A stretch of DNA of 38,982 bases, taken from Nitrososphaerota archaeon. GTDB taxonomy: Archaea > Thermoproteota > Nitrososphaeria > Nitrososphaerales > Nitrosopumilaceae. Made by a program: the position numbers and the translations under genes. The notes under the pieces were generated by a model. It saw only the letters and a program-made list of their open reading frames with translations, did not search any database and was not told the DNA's origin. Shown piece by piece: positions 29,273 through 38,739 of this stretch. The DNA lies in contig JARPSM010000121.1 of assembly GCA_029782475.1 (NCBI GenBank), positions 1 through 38,982 of the forward strand, given 5' to 3'. Within the stretch, counting starts at the first letter, position 1. Every line of letters starts with the position of its first letter.

Positions 29273-29509
29273 TCAGAAAAATTACCTAATTTTTAATAAT
29301 TTTGGAAATATATCAGAAATTTGAAAATATTTTATGACTACAAAAAATCTTAAAAATCTCTATTTTCTCTAGAAAAAATCTCTTTTAGAAATTATTAAAC
29401 AAAAATAATCAATTTATCCTAATTTTAGGCAATTTAGATGAAATTTAGTATATAAAGAACAGGATGATTTCTCGCTGTTCCTAATCTATCATTTTGATAA
29501 TATTTTTTC

Positions 29510-29869
29510 ATGTTAAAAAACCAAATTCAAAATTTTGTGGTAGCTATCCTCTTGATGCTTGCTGCTTCACCCCTATCTGTTACCTATGCATTTGGTCAAA
29601 ATGATGACCAATGCAAATGAACTAACAGTAATTCTTACAGAAAAAGTAGTAGATGGAAAGCTAAAAGTCAATCATTACGCCCTATACCTAATGGACTATT
29701 TGAGGCTGATTTGCAAAGAACTCTATCAATTAAAGGTCAAATGTCTTGGACTTGTGTCAATTACGAGTCATACCATGCAGAAATTGTTCTTTTTGATGGA
29801 AAAACGTCAAAGTTGGGAGAAAATCTATGGGAAATTTCAATAGATGAGGAAATCCTGAGGATAAAGTAA
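29510..29869 (+). pseudogene. Degraded secreted-protein gene
   Basis: MLKNQIQNFVVAILLMLAASPLSVTYAFGQ signal peptide, TGA at codon 37, frame then resumes (...EIVLFDGKTSKLGENLWEISID). Confidence 0.6.
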
Positions 29870-30155
29870 TCTTCTAGGTAGTATTTTCTGGAAAAATTAC
29901 AGAATCAGATGAAGAAAATGTAATTGCAGTTTCATTAATGAATTCTGTGATTAAAACCCAGAAACTGCCCAAAATCTCAAATTATTAGAGATAGGAGAAC
30001 CGATCATTAATTCAATTGATTCCAACCAAGAATATGGAAATTTAATTCGATGAAATATCATCATATTTTTCTTTGATTGACTAAAAATTATTCACAAGGT
30101 CAGCTTTGAGATGCAATGTAACTTTTTATTCCCATTTTGAAAAGTAAATTATAAA

Positions 30156-30623
30156 ATGTTTGATAAATTCAAAAATGAAGAGGGAGGAGAAATGGTAGAA
30201 GAAAGAACTGATAACGACAATACTGAAGAATCCAATTCTACAATAGAATCAACCAGTCAAATTGGAATTGGAGAATTAATGGGTAAACGAGCAAAATTAG
30301 AAGAAGCAATAGATTACGTTGGTTTAATGATTAAAAATCTAAAAGATAAGAGAACTTTACTTGAAAAAGATATTGAAGAAGAATCAGTTGACATAAAGAA
30401 TCTGAAAGAAAAGCTTCAAAAAATTAGTGAATACATTGAGGAAGAAAACAGAGGAATTGCTGAACTGTCTAATAAGAGACAAAAAGTTGAAAATGAAGCA
30501 GACGAAGTAGGTTCCATCATCAACACATTGAGAGATAGACTTTCTGGTGTTGATAGAGTAATTGAAGATGAAGGTAGTAGAGTTAAAAAAATTAAAGAGT
30601 CTAGAGATTCATTTAATGAATAA
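30156..30623 (+). CDS. Acidic coiled-coil protein
   Basis: Continuous heptad pattern; TATA-like sequence upstream. Confidence 0.8.
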   Translation: MFDKFKNEEGGEMVEERTDNDNTEESNSTIESTSQIGIGELMGKRAKLEEAIDYVGLMIKNLKDKRTLLEKDIEEESVDIKNLKEKLQKISEYIEEENRGIAELSNKRQKVENEADEVGSIINTLRDRLSGVDRVIEDEGSRVKKIKESRDSFNE

Positions 30624-30632
30624 ATTTTAAAA

Positions 30633-31274
30633 TTAAAGATATTTGCTAGTAGTTGCTTCTTGAGTATCTGTTGGAACTGAAGGGAACATTTGTCCTGCTG
30701 AAGTTTCAGCAACAGCAGCAGCTTCTTTTAAGATACTTTCAGATTCTGCACTAGTTGTTTCATCCATTCCAAATGCTGCATCTCCTGAGAAACTTTCTGT
30801 CATAAAGCCACCAAGCATTTCTGCCATTTGACCGATTTCTTGCTCAGCACCTGGCATAATTTTTCCAAGAGAAGATTTTAGATTTTTCATCAACCCCATT
30901 GTTGGCATTATAGCTACTACAGTATCTCCAAGATCGCTGCATGTAGTTAATCGTAATTCTATTTGTTCTAATGCTATTCTAGCACTGCTCAAAATTTTTG
31001 TAACTTTTCTTACTTCGGCTAACTCATTTCCAAGAACTTTGCTTGTTTGAGTATCATGATTTTGTGTTGCATCTACGATTCGTTGGAATAATTTTGCATC
31101 GCGCTCTTGTAAACTGGATAGCATAGTATCTAATTTTTTAATTTGTAATTGTAATTTTTTAATTCCTTCCTGAACTCTTGGTTTTAAGGCCCCTTTAGGC
31201 TTGATAGTATCATTAATTTTTTCGCTAATTCCGGGCTTTGCTTGTTTTGACCATTTATCAGATAATCCAGGCAT
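30633..31274 (-). CDS. cdvB: ESCRT-III / Snf7-family CdvB paralog
   Basis: LQERDAKLFQRIV, ELAEVRK, LEQIELRLTT..DLGD, AESESILKEAA; ATG 31274 preferred. Confidence 0.88.
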   Translation of the reverse strand: MPGLSDKWSKQAKPGISEKINDTIKPKGALKPRVQEGIKKLQLQIKKLDTMLSSLQERDAKLFQRIVDATQNHDTQTSKVLGNELAEVRKVTKILSSARIALEQIELRLTTCSDLGDTVVAIMPTMGLMKNLKSSLGKIMPGAEQEIGQMAEMLGGFMTESFSGDAAFGMDETTSAESESILKEAAAVAETSAGQMFPSVPTDTQEATTSKYL

Positions 31275-31451
31275 GAGTTGAATTTTAAAATATGTACTTA
31301 ATTTCCTGTGTAAAAAATGGTTCACAGTACATTAAAAATTACTAGCTAAAATTGAGTATTTTGAACATTATTTTCTAATAAATCAAATTTCATAGGCATC
31401 ACAAAAACAAATTTTTATCAAAAAATATGATTTCAAATTACAGTAAAAAAT

Positions 31452-31742
31452 TTAGAATGTATCTTTAGAATTCATTGATTTCATTATTCCATCACGTTTT
31501 TTATACTCTAACTGTAAATTATATTCTAATCGTTTCATAGTTTCTAAACATATTTCTTGATTTTCTGATTTAGAATTTTCTAATTCGTATTTCTTATGCT
31601 TTTCAAGTTTTTTGATTCTCTCTTCATTAACTTTTAACTGTTGATTTAACAAGTCTAATTGAATTTCACAATTTTCACAGATTAACAATTTTCCTGTTTC
31701 CATATTAGACGTACAACCACATTTCTTACAAATAAAATCCAT
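31452..31742 (-). CDS. Zn-ribbon plus coiled-coil hypothetical protein
   Basis: CKKC...CENC then a coiled coil. Confidence 0.7.
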   Translation of the reverse strand: MDFICKKCGCTSNMETGKLLICENCEIQLDLLNQQLKVNEERIKKLEKHKKYELENSKSENQEICLETMKRLEYNLQLEYKKRDGIMKSMNSKDTF

Positions 31743-31811
31743 TTACATAAAATGTATAATTATTCTAAAATAAAGCGGTATTGATGGAATTTATTTTTAT
31801 AATATGATTTA

Positions 31812-32255
31812 ATGCATATTTTATTGAATAAAAAAATTATTATAATTTCTATAGTTATAGCATTAGCAATTAGTTTAGCAAGTTTTTCATCAAATGAATC
31901 TAGTGAAAAAAACAATATTTTATTTCATGTAACACTTGCAGATCCTAATCTTTATGATAATGGTGTTTATACTAAAGAATTCACTCTTGAAAAAGGAGAA
32001 TATTTTTTTAGATTTGTTCCAAATGGTAGTAGTCCAAAAATATTATCAATTACATTAAATGGAAATACATTTGATTATTCTGAAGACTTTCAACTAATAG
32101 GTACATCACATCAAACTGGAATCTCTGAATATTTTACATGGGATTATGATGGACAGAAAAATATTATCAATTCAGAAATGCAAAAAGTTTCAATTACAAT
32201 TAATCCAAACGGAGAAACTGTTGGTTCTGTATCTGTAGATATCTTAGAAAATTAA
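31812..32255 (+). CDS. Membrane-anchored hypothetical protein
   Basis: N-terminal TM; beta-rich remainder. Confidence 0.8.
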   Translation: MHILLNKKIIIISIVIALAISLASFSSNESSEKNNILFHVTLADPNLYDNGVYTKEFTLEKGEYFFRFVPNGSSPKILSITLNGNTFDYSEDFQLIGTSHQTGISEYFTWDYDGQKNIINSEMQKVSITINPNGETVGSVSVDILEN

Positions 32256-32385
32256 AAAGGCGTATTCCCCTTAGTTACAGAACAATGAGAGATTTCCTCT
32301 CTTAGTCAGTTGTTAAACAACTGAACACCTTTTCCGTTCTGCGGGGTTACGCATGTTTAGTCGATAGTAATTCTATCTTTCGACA
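32254..32385 (-). ncRNA. Candidate independently transcribed structured RNA (~130 nt)
   Basis: On -: TATA TTTAAATA (32416-32409), 5' hairpin, long bulged closing stem with G.U pairs, two internal hairpins, terminal TTTTT. Confidence 0.65.
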
Positions 32386-32515
32386 TTAATTATAATAGAA
32401 ACTCGAAGTATTTAAAATTTAATCTTAAATTTTATAAAAAATTACTAATTTTTATATAATTTTTTATGACTATTTTTGATTATGGATCTATAAATTACGA
32501 AATTACGTTTGGATA

Positions 32516-33262
32516 TTGTTGAAATTAACTGGTAAAGTTGCCCTGATAACTGGTGGAAGCCGTGGAATAGGACTAGCAACTGCAAAAATTCTATCAGAAA
32601 ATGGTGCAACAGTAGCAATTACTGCAAAAGACAAAGGTAGATTAGAAAATGCAGTAAAAGAGATTCCTAATGCAATAGGTATTACAGCAAACATTAGAAA
32701 TTCAAAAGATGTAAAAAATGTTGTAAATGAAATAATTGAAAAATTTGGTAAATTAGATATTCTTGTAAATAATGCTGGGATTTTTCCCAAAATAAAACAA
32801 TTACATGAAATTGATGAAGATGAATGGAATGAGGTATTAGATGTAAACCTTACAGGACAATATCGATTTACCAAGGAGGCCATCCCTTATTTACAAAAAA
32901 CATCTGGTTCGATAATTAACATTTCATCAGATGCTGGAATAAAGGCATATCAAGGATTTAATGCAGATGCATATTCTGCATCAAAAGCTGCATTAATCAT
33001 ATTAACAAAATGTTGGGCTCTAGAATATTCTAAAGATAAAATTAGAGTAAATTGTATTTGTCCAGGAGTAGTAGATACAGATATGACAAAACCATTTTTG
33101 AAAACTGAAAAAGACAAGGAATTCATGAATAATGAACATCCCATTGGTAGAATTGGGCAACCAGATGAAATTGGAAAAGCAGTTTTGTATTTTGCCTCAG
33201 ATGATGGATCATGGACAACAGGTGCAATATTGGCTGTAGATGGAGGAGAATCAATTAAATGA
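32516..33262 (+). CDS. Short-chain dehydrogenase/reductase (FabG-like)
   Basis: TGGSRGIG, NNAG, YSASK, RVNCICPG, VDGG. Confidence 0.95.
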   Translation: MLKLTGKVALITGGSRGIGLATAKILSENGATVAITAKDKGRLENAVKEIPNAIGITANIRNSKDVKNVVNEIIEKFGKLDILVNNAGIFPKIKQLHEIDEDEWNEVLDVNLTGQYRFTKEAIPYLQKTSGSIINISSDAGIKAYQGFNADAYSASKAALIILTKCWALEYSKDKIRVNCICPGVVDTDMTKPFLKTEKDKEFMNNEHPIGRIGQPDEIGKAVLYFASDDGSWTTGAILAVDGGESIK

Positions 33263-33302
33263 ATTCACATGGATTTAATACAACGCCAAAGGAGAAAATA
33301 CT

Positions 33303-33509
33303 ATGAAAGATAGAAAAGCAAAAGCAAAATTAATTTTACTTTTAGGAATTATTTGGATAGTTATCACATTACCTCTACCATGGATAGTTAATAATCCAGA
33401 GGTATCAACAGCACAATTCAATACAATACTTGCCATTATTGGAGTAATGTCAATTCCATTTATCGTTCTCGGAGTAGTCTGGACATTAAAGCCAGAACTT
33501 ACGACTTAG
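33303..33509 (+). CDS. Small 2-TM hypothetical protein
   Basis: AGGAG upstream; two TM segments. Confidence 0.75.
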   Translation: MKDRKAKAKLILLLGIIWIVITLPLPWIVNNPEVSTAQFNTILAIIGVMSIPFIVLGVVWTLKPELTT

Positions 33510-33520
33510 GTAATTTTTAA

Positions 33521-34333
33521 TTGCAAAATATTCCCATTTCTAATAAAATTCCTGAATTAGATATCGCTATCAAGGCTGCAATTGAAGCAGGTAATGCTAT
33601 TTTAGAAATTTATCAAAAAGATTACAAAACATCCACAAAAAATGATAATTCTCCAATTACAGATGCAGATTTGAAAAGTAATGAGGTGATTAAAAATATT
33701 CTATCACAAACAAAACATTGGATTTTATCTGAAGAAGATAAAGATGACTTAGAGAGAGTATCACAAGAGATAATTTGGATAATAGATCCTCTTGATGGAA
33801 CTTCTGATTTTATTGATAAGACAGGTGAATTTACAGTTATGATCTCTTTAATTAAAAACAAAAAACCAATTCTAGGTGTAATTGGATGGCCTACTGAGAA
33901 TACATTATTTGTTGCTCAAAAAGATAGTGGAGCATTTAGATTTTCAAATGAAAAATGGGAAAAAATTTCAGTCACCAAAGTTTCAGAAGTACCAAAATGT
34001 AGAACTGTAGGTTCTAGACATCATTTATCAGATAAAGAAAAATCATTTATTAAAAAATTGGGTATTGAAGATTTCACAAGTATTGGAAGTTCATTGAAAG
34101 TTGGGAAAATTAGTTCTGGTGAAGCTGAAGCTTACATTACAACAACAAATAAAATGAAAGAGTGGGATTCAGCTGCTTCTTATTGTATAATTTTAGAAGC
34201 TGGAGGTAAAATGACAGACATGTTAGGAAATGATCTTACATACAACAACAAAGATGTGTATCATCAAAACGGAATTCTCGTTACAAACGGTTTAGTTCAT
34301 ACTAAAATAATTGAAGAATTTAAAAAATTATAG
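33521..34333 (+). CDS. cysQ: 3'(2'),5'-bisphosphate nucleotidase
   Basis: SPITDAD, LSEE, WIIDPLDGTSDF, GSRHH, GSSLK, EWDSAA. Confidence 0.9.
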   Translation: MQNIPISNKIPELDIAIKAAIEAGNAILEIYQKDYKTSTKNDNSPITDADLKSNEVIKNILSQTKHWILSEEDKDDLERVSQEIIWIIDPLDGTSDFIDKTGEFTVMISLIKNKKPILGVIGWPTENTLFVAQKDSGAFRFSNEKWEKISVTKVSEVPKCRTVGSRHHLSDKEKSFIKKLGIEDFTSIGSSLKVGKISSGEAEAYITTTNKMKEWDSAASYCIILEAGGKMTDMLGNDLTYNNKDVYHQNGILVTNGLVHTKIIEEFKKL

Positions 34334-34843
34334 TAGGTTTCTTCCTTTAAGGAAGTCCTTTACTTTTTGTGCGCTGTCTGAAAGTGAATCGTGTTCTGTA
34401 TCAACTACCAAATCTGCTTTTTCTGGAGCTTCATAAGGATCATCAATTCCGGTAAATCCTTTGATTTCTCCTTTTCTAGCCTTGGCATACATACCTTTGA
34501 CATCTCTTTCTTCACATTTTTCTAGTGAACATTTTACATAACATTCTGCAAACTGATCACCTGCGTCAATAATTCCTCTAGCATTTTCTCTGTTCTCAAG
34601 ATATGGAGATACAAGAGATACTGCACTCGGAACACCATGTTTTAACAAAAGCTTTGCCAAATGAGCAACTTTTTTGTTGTGTTCATCACGTCCTGCTTTT
34701 GAAAAATCTTTTGGTGAAAACCATTCTCTTAGTTCATCACCATCAAGCATTGCCAAATTTGGAATATCTTTTTGCAAATCTTTTACAATCGTAGTCTTTC
34801 CTGAACAAGGAAGACCAGTCATCCAAAGAATGAAAGGTTTCAT
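34328..34843 (-). CDS. cysC: Adenylyl-sulfate kinase
   Basis: WMTGLPCSGKTT, LDGDELR, RDVKGMY, FTGIDDPYEAP; ATG 34843 preferred. Confidence 0.96.
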   Translation of the reverse strand: MKPFILWMTGLPCSGKTTIVKDLQKDIPNLAMLDGDELREWFSPKDFSKAGRDEHNKKVAHLAKLLLKHGVPSAVSLVSPYLENRENARGIIDAGDQFAECYVKCSLEKCEERDVKGMYAKARKGEIKGFTGIDDPYEAPEKADLVVDTEHDSLSDSAQKVKDFLKGRNLL

Positions 34844-34879
34844 GAATAAAATTTCTAAATAACCCATAAAGAGCTTACG

Positions 34880-35425
34880 TTAATTTTTAGCCCAGGATTG
34901 ATTTTCTAAATAATCAATATCTGCAATTAGTTCCTCAACTTTTTTAACAATTGCAAAAATTGATCGATATTGTTCATACATTTCAATTTCTTCTTCTTTT
35001 GATAAAACTTCAGCCTCTGCAGTATCAAAAAATTTGTCTTCTTTGTTAAGATGATCATTTAGAAAAATTGCATATGCTCTCAGATATCTTGATACAGGTT
35101 CTTTTGCATCTTCTTCCCCATTTTTCCATCTTTTTAGATGATCTGATATTTGTCTAGCAATATTCCTTCCAAACTCATGTTCGATCATAAATTTTCGAAT
35201 TTCTTCTTTTAATGAATCATAACTTGCAACACATGGAAAATACGAATCTTCTTCTCTTGAGTGATGAATTGTATCAACAAATTCTGAAATTACTATAGTA
35301 ATTTTTATTAAATCTGAGAATGGGATTGTTGTACCTTTGTATAGCTCTGCAGCACATTTTGACACTATTTTCTCTAACCGACGAACTTGATCATGATCTG
35401 CACGAAGTTGATTTGTAGCACTCAC
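34880..35425 (-). CDS. Hemerythrin/HHE-domain protein
   Basis: LRADH, HHSREEDSYFP, EHEFGR, HLNKED. Confidence 0.9.
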   Translation of the reverse strand: MSATNQLRADHDQVRRLEKIVSKCAAELYKGTTIPFSDLIKITIVISEFVDTIHHSREEDSYFPCVASYDSLKEEIRKFMIEHEFGRNIARQISDHLKRWKNGEEDAKEPVSRYLRAYAIFLNDHLNKEDKFFDTAEAEVLSKEEEIEMYEQYRSIFAIVKKVEELIADIDYLENQSWAKN

Positions 35426-35526
35426 AATATTTGTCTACAATATGTTATTTAAAAATCAGATAGAGCCTGAAAATACTTAATTTTCGAGTTTAACTTTTAT
35501 CCAGATGTATTTACATTCAGACATTA

Positions 35527-37008
35527 ATGAATCTCATAATTTTATCGATTTTGAATTTGTTTAAAGGTCAAACAGGAGACACGCTACCATTATCAAATTT
35601 TGATACAAGTATGATTTTTAATAAAATCACAGAATTACAAAATTCCATTGGAACGTTGTCATTTAGTAACGACGGACCAATTGCTGAAGCTCATGTGATA
35701 TTACTTGCAGCAGGCGTAGTGATTTTTCTAGGGGTGGCAGGAGAAGCATTCTTCAAAAAAACTGGTATACCAGATGTAGCATTTTTGATGATTCTTGGAG
35801 TAATTATTGGGCCAGTGTTTGGATTAATTCAACCAGAAGCTGTAATTCAAGTTGTTCCATATTTTGCAGCTCTTGCGTTGATTATCATTATGTTTGATGG
35901 AGGTCTAAATCTCGACATCAAACATGTTATCAAAACTGCTCATTTTTCAGTAACATTAGCTGTTCTCGGTTTTGTTCTATCTGTAGTGATGATTTCTATT
36001 GCTGCTCATTTTGCTTTAGGGTGGGCATGGTTAGACAGCATATTGTTAGCTTCCATTGTAGGTGGAAGTAGTTCTGCGATAGTTTTCGGACTGGTTAGAA
36101 ATATCAAAATTTCAGAAGAAACTAAATCAATGCTTAGTTTTGAATCTGCACTAACTGATATTTTAGCCACTATTGTTGCATTTATTTTATTTGAAGCAGT
36201 TCTAGCAGGACACTTTGATCTTCAAACATTACAAGAGACTATTGGACGCGCAGTTATAGTTGGTCTAGTACTTGGATTTGGAGTTGGAATTCCTTGGATG
36301 TATATTTCAACCAAATTTGGCAATGCACAACACGCTTACATGCTTACATTAGGCGTTTTGTTTGTTTTATTCTTCTTAGCAAATTCATTTGGAGAATCAG
36401 GAGCACTAACTGCACTAGTATTTGGTTTAATGATTGGAAACAAAAGTCATCTTGCAAAAATTCTCAGATTTAAATTGCCACGAATTGAGTTGGATGATCC
36501 CACACATAATCAACTGACATTTTTGGTACGATCATTTTTCTTTGTGTTTGTAGGATTGATGGCAAGTTTTGGACAAATAGAATATCTGATATTTGGAGTT
36601 TTGATGACAATTGCCGTATACTTTGGAAGAATATTAGTTGGAAAGATTACATTAACAAAACGATTTTCGCTTTTGGATAGAGCTGTAACAAACTCCATGA
36701 TTCCTAGAGGTTTAGCCGCTGCAGTACTTGCAACTTATCCAATTACTATGGGATTACCAAATGCAGATGCGTATCCAGAACTGATATTCTTTATTATTTT
36801 ATCATCAGTAGTAATTACAACAATTGGTTTAGGAAAATCAAAGAAAATTCCTCCTCCAGAATCTGTTGAAGGTGGATTTGTTACACCTCCAGAAGAACCC
36901 AAAGATGACGGTTCCATAGTAGTTGAAAAAATATCAGATGTTGTTATAGATGATAAAATTGAAGGTGGATTTATCAAAGAAAAAACTGAAGAGATTGAAA
37001 AAAAATAG
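35527..37008 (+). CDS. CPA1-family cation:proton antiporter
   Basis: IPDV..L..LGVIIGP, MFDGGL, FESALTD, PRGLAAAVLA; about 12-13 TM. Confidence 0.92.
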   Translation: MNLIILSILNLFKGQTGDTLPLSNFDTSMIFNKITELQNSIGTLSFSNDGPIAEAHVILLAAGVVIFLGVAGEAFFKKTGIPDVAFLMILGVIIGPVFGLIQPEAVIQVVPYFAALALIIIMFDGGLNLDIKHVIKTAHFSVTLAVLGFVLSVVMISIAAHFALGWAWLDSILLASIVGGSSSAIVFGLVRNIKISEETKSMLSFESALTDILATIVAFILFEAVLAGHFDLQTLQETIGRAVIVGLVLGFGVGIPWMYISTKFGNAQHAYMLTLGVLFVLFFLANSFGESGALTALVFGLMIGNKSHLAKILRFKLPRIELDDPTHNQLTFLVRSFFFVFVGLMASFGQIEYLIFGVLMTIAVYFGRILVGKITLTKRFSLLDRAVTNSMIPRGLAAAVLATYPITMGLPNADAYPELIFFIILSSVVITTIGLGKSKKIPPPESVEGGFVTPPEEPKDDGSIVVEKISDVVIDDKIEGGFIKEKTEEIEKK

Positions 37009-37086
37009 AACTAGGTAATTTTAGTAAATCTTGTGCCTGTTTCTAATAAATACTTCAATAAGATTTGCAGCCTCTGCAATATTTCT

Positions 37087-37386
37087 CTAAGATTGTAATT
37101 TTTTTGCTATTGATTTAACGTATTTTTCACTGTATTCATTGAATAATTGAATTTTGTTCTGAGCTAAAGCCATTGCACCAGGTCTACTGTTGATATGATT
37201 CTCAGCTATTTTTTGTTCTGCTAAGAGATTCTCAAGATTAATTTTTAGTACTGATTCTAATTCTACAAGTAATGTTGTCAATTCTTTTTCAAGATTCTCT
37301 TTGGTGTCAGGAAGTGCAGGCGGATCAGCGCCTATAATTTCTTTAGTGGTTATATTTCCAAATACTTTCTTATCTAAATCAAGCAA
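37087..37386 (-). CDS. Hypothetical protein
   Basis: 99-aa ORF with TTG start; fills the gap. Confidence 0.7.
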   Translation of the reverse strand: MLDLDKKVFGNITTKEIIGADPPALPDTKENLEKELTTLLVELESVLKINLENLLAEQKIAENHINSRPGAMALAQNKIQLFNEYSEKYVKSIAKKLQS

Positions 37387-37497
37387 TATTGAAAAGTAAA
37401 ATTAGTAGTATAAATTCAATTTCATTTTAATCAAATTTGAAAATATGAGTGCACTGCAATCAAACGTTTTATCTTTAGATAATTTGTAACTATTTTT

Positions 37498-37707
37498 ATG
37501 ACTTGTTGTATAGGAAAATGCAAAAAATACAAGGCTCTCAAGCCGACAGAAATTGGTAGGTACGCTGCTGGACAAAAAAGATGCAACTACTGTGAAGTGT
37601 TTGTAGAATATGAGGGGTTGGTTTGTCCATGTTGTAATAGACAACTCAGATGTCTCCCAAGAAGTAGAAAAGGAAAAGAAAAGTACATGAAACAAATCAT
37701 AAGATAA
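37498..37707 (+). CDS. Cys-rich Zn-binding protein
   Basis: CIGKC, GQKRCNYC, CPCC..LR..PR. Confidence 0.8.
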   Translation: MTCCIGKCKKYKALKPTEIGRYAAGQKRCNYCEVFVEYEGLVCPCCNRQLRCLPRSRKGKEKYMKQIIR

Positions 37708-37760
37708 TTCATGACTAATAATTAAAGTTCTACTTATAAGAAATCAATACAAGTATAGTT

Positions 37761-38033
37761 ATGGCAATTCCTGTAGATGTCGAAGAAGTTGTTGAAAAAC
37801 ATATTAAATTAATGATTTCTCAAACTGAAACATATCTTCCATTTATCAGAGTAGCATTTCCATACTCAAATAATATTGCAGATGGAGTATACAATTTGAT
37901 TATCGGAAGTGCATTATCGATATTTGTCAATCAATTTGCAATGAAAATGAAAAATCCGTCTGTAGATGATTTTACAGAATTTGGAAAAATCGCTTTAAAA
38001 TACAGAGATCAAGTTGATCAGTTTTTTAAATAA
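37761..38033 (+). CDS. Hypothetical protein
   Basis: ATG ORF with a TATA-like TTATAA about 25 bp upstream. Confidence 0.75.
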   Translation: MAIPVDVEEVVEKHIKLMISQTETYLPFIRVAFPYSNNIADGVYNLIIGSALSIFVNQFAMKMKNPSVDDFTEFGKIALKYRDQVDQFFK

Positions 38034-38264
38034 TTAAGCTATTTCGCCTAGAAAATGTATAGTATCATTTGTTACAACAACAGTTCTATCTTTTGGAACA
38101 TGGTATAGTTTTTTTGAACCATTTGAAGATTGAACGATTAGTTTTGAAAATGGATTTTTAAGAGATTTGTATAGAATTCCTTTTTCTCCTACTGATTGTG
38201 ACCAATGAGTTCCTTGAACAAAAGAAATTGTTTGAAACTTTACAACTTGATATGAATATACCAT
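38034..38264 (-). CDS. Hypothetical protein
   Basis: ATG 6 bp after the crcB stop; same operon. Confidence 0.75.
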   Translation of the reverse strand: MVYSYQVVKFQTISFVQGTHWSQSVGEKGILYKSLKNPFSKLIVQSSNGSKKLYHVPKDRTVVVTNDTIHFLGEIA

Positions 38265-38270
38265 TTCTAA

Positions 38271-38651
38271 TTAATTATTAATTATTACACTCATTAATGA
38301 CTTTCCACCAATTAGTGCTCCAATTGAAAGACCAATGTTGGCTATCAGGTTTATTGCAAAAGTTCCATAGTGACTTTGTTCGAGAAGGGTATTGGATTCA
38401 AGTGCAAGTCCAGACATTGTGGTAAGTGAACCACAAAATCCTATTGCAGCAAATAAAGAATATTTCCCATCAAGATGCCATTGTTGTGACATTACAATAA
38501 AGGCACCAAGGATAAATGCTCCAAGAACATTGACTACCAAAACATTTACAGGTATTGTATTGAAAAGTAATGGAGATTCAATGACTTTGAATCTCAAATA
38601 TGCTCCAAGAACAGAACCTACTCCAAGAAAAACAAATTCTAGACCCTTCAT
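38271..38651 (-). CDS. crcB: Fluoride channel Fluc/CrcB
   Basis: GAYLRF, VNVLGAF, GFCGSLTTMS; 4 TM. Confidence 0.93.
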   Translation of the reverse strand: MKGLEFVFLGVGSVLGAYLRFKVIESPLLFNTIPVNVLVVNVLGAFILGAFIVMSQQWHLDGKYSLFAAIGFCGSLTTMSGLALESNTLLEQSHYGTFAINLIANIGLSIGALIGGKSLMSVIINN

Positions 38652-38698
38652 CTACACAACTGAATTGATTGACATTATTTGTGCTATTTGAATAGATT

Positions 38699-38719
38699 TT
38701 AGGCATAATTTGTGCCTAA
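38699..38719. repeat. Palindrome TTAGGCA-N7-TGCCTAA
   Basis: Perfect 7-bp arms; half-sites recur in other intergenic gaps. Confidence 0.6.
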
Positions 38720-38739
38720 GCAGTTTTAATTTAGAAAGA

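Noticed and set aside
29618-29620. In-frame TGA as possible selenocysteine or readthrough
   Set aside because: No redox-motif context or SECIS-like hairpin; the surroundings look generally decayed.
29559-29843. 94-aa ORF in the track
   Set aside because: Mostly an alternative frame of the degraded secreted-protein gene starting at 29510.
32254-32385. Cobalamin or glycine riboswitch resemblance (AGGUG...UAAGAGAGGAA; AAUCUCUCA)
   Set aside because: Remaining conserved cores are absent and no gene lies immediately downstream on that strand; kept only as an unknown ncRNA.
6558-38691. Numerous 60-165-aa antisense or nested ORFs (e.g. 23729..24226, 27898..28326, 32503..32883)
   Set aside because: They lie on or opposite well-supported genes and have no independent motifs.
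38652-38739. Fluoride riboswitch upstream of crcB
   Set aside because: Consensus GGCGAUGG...UGAUG pseudoknot elements are not present.
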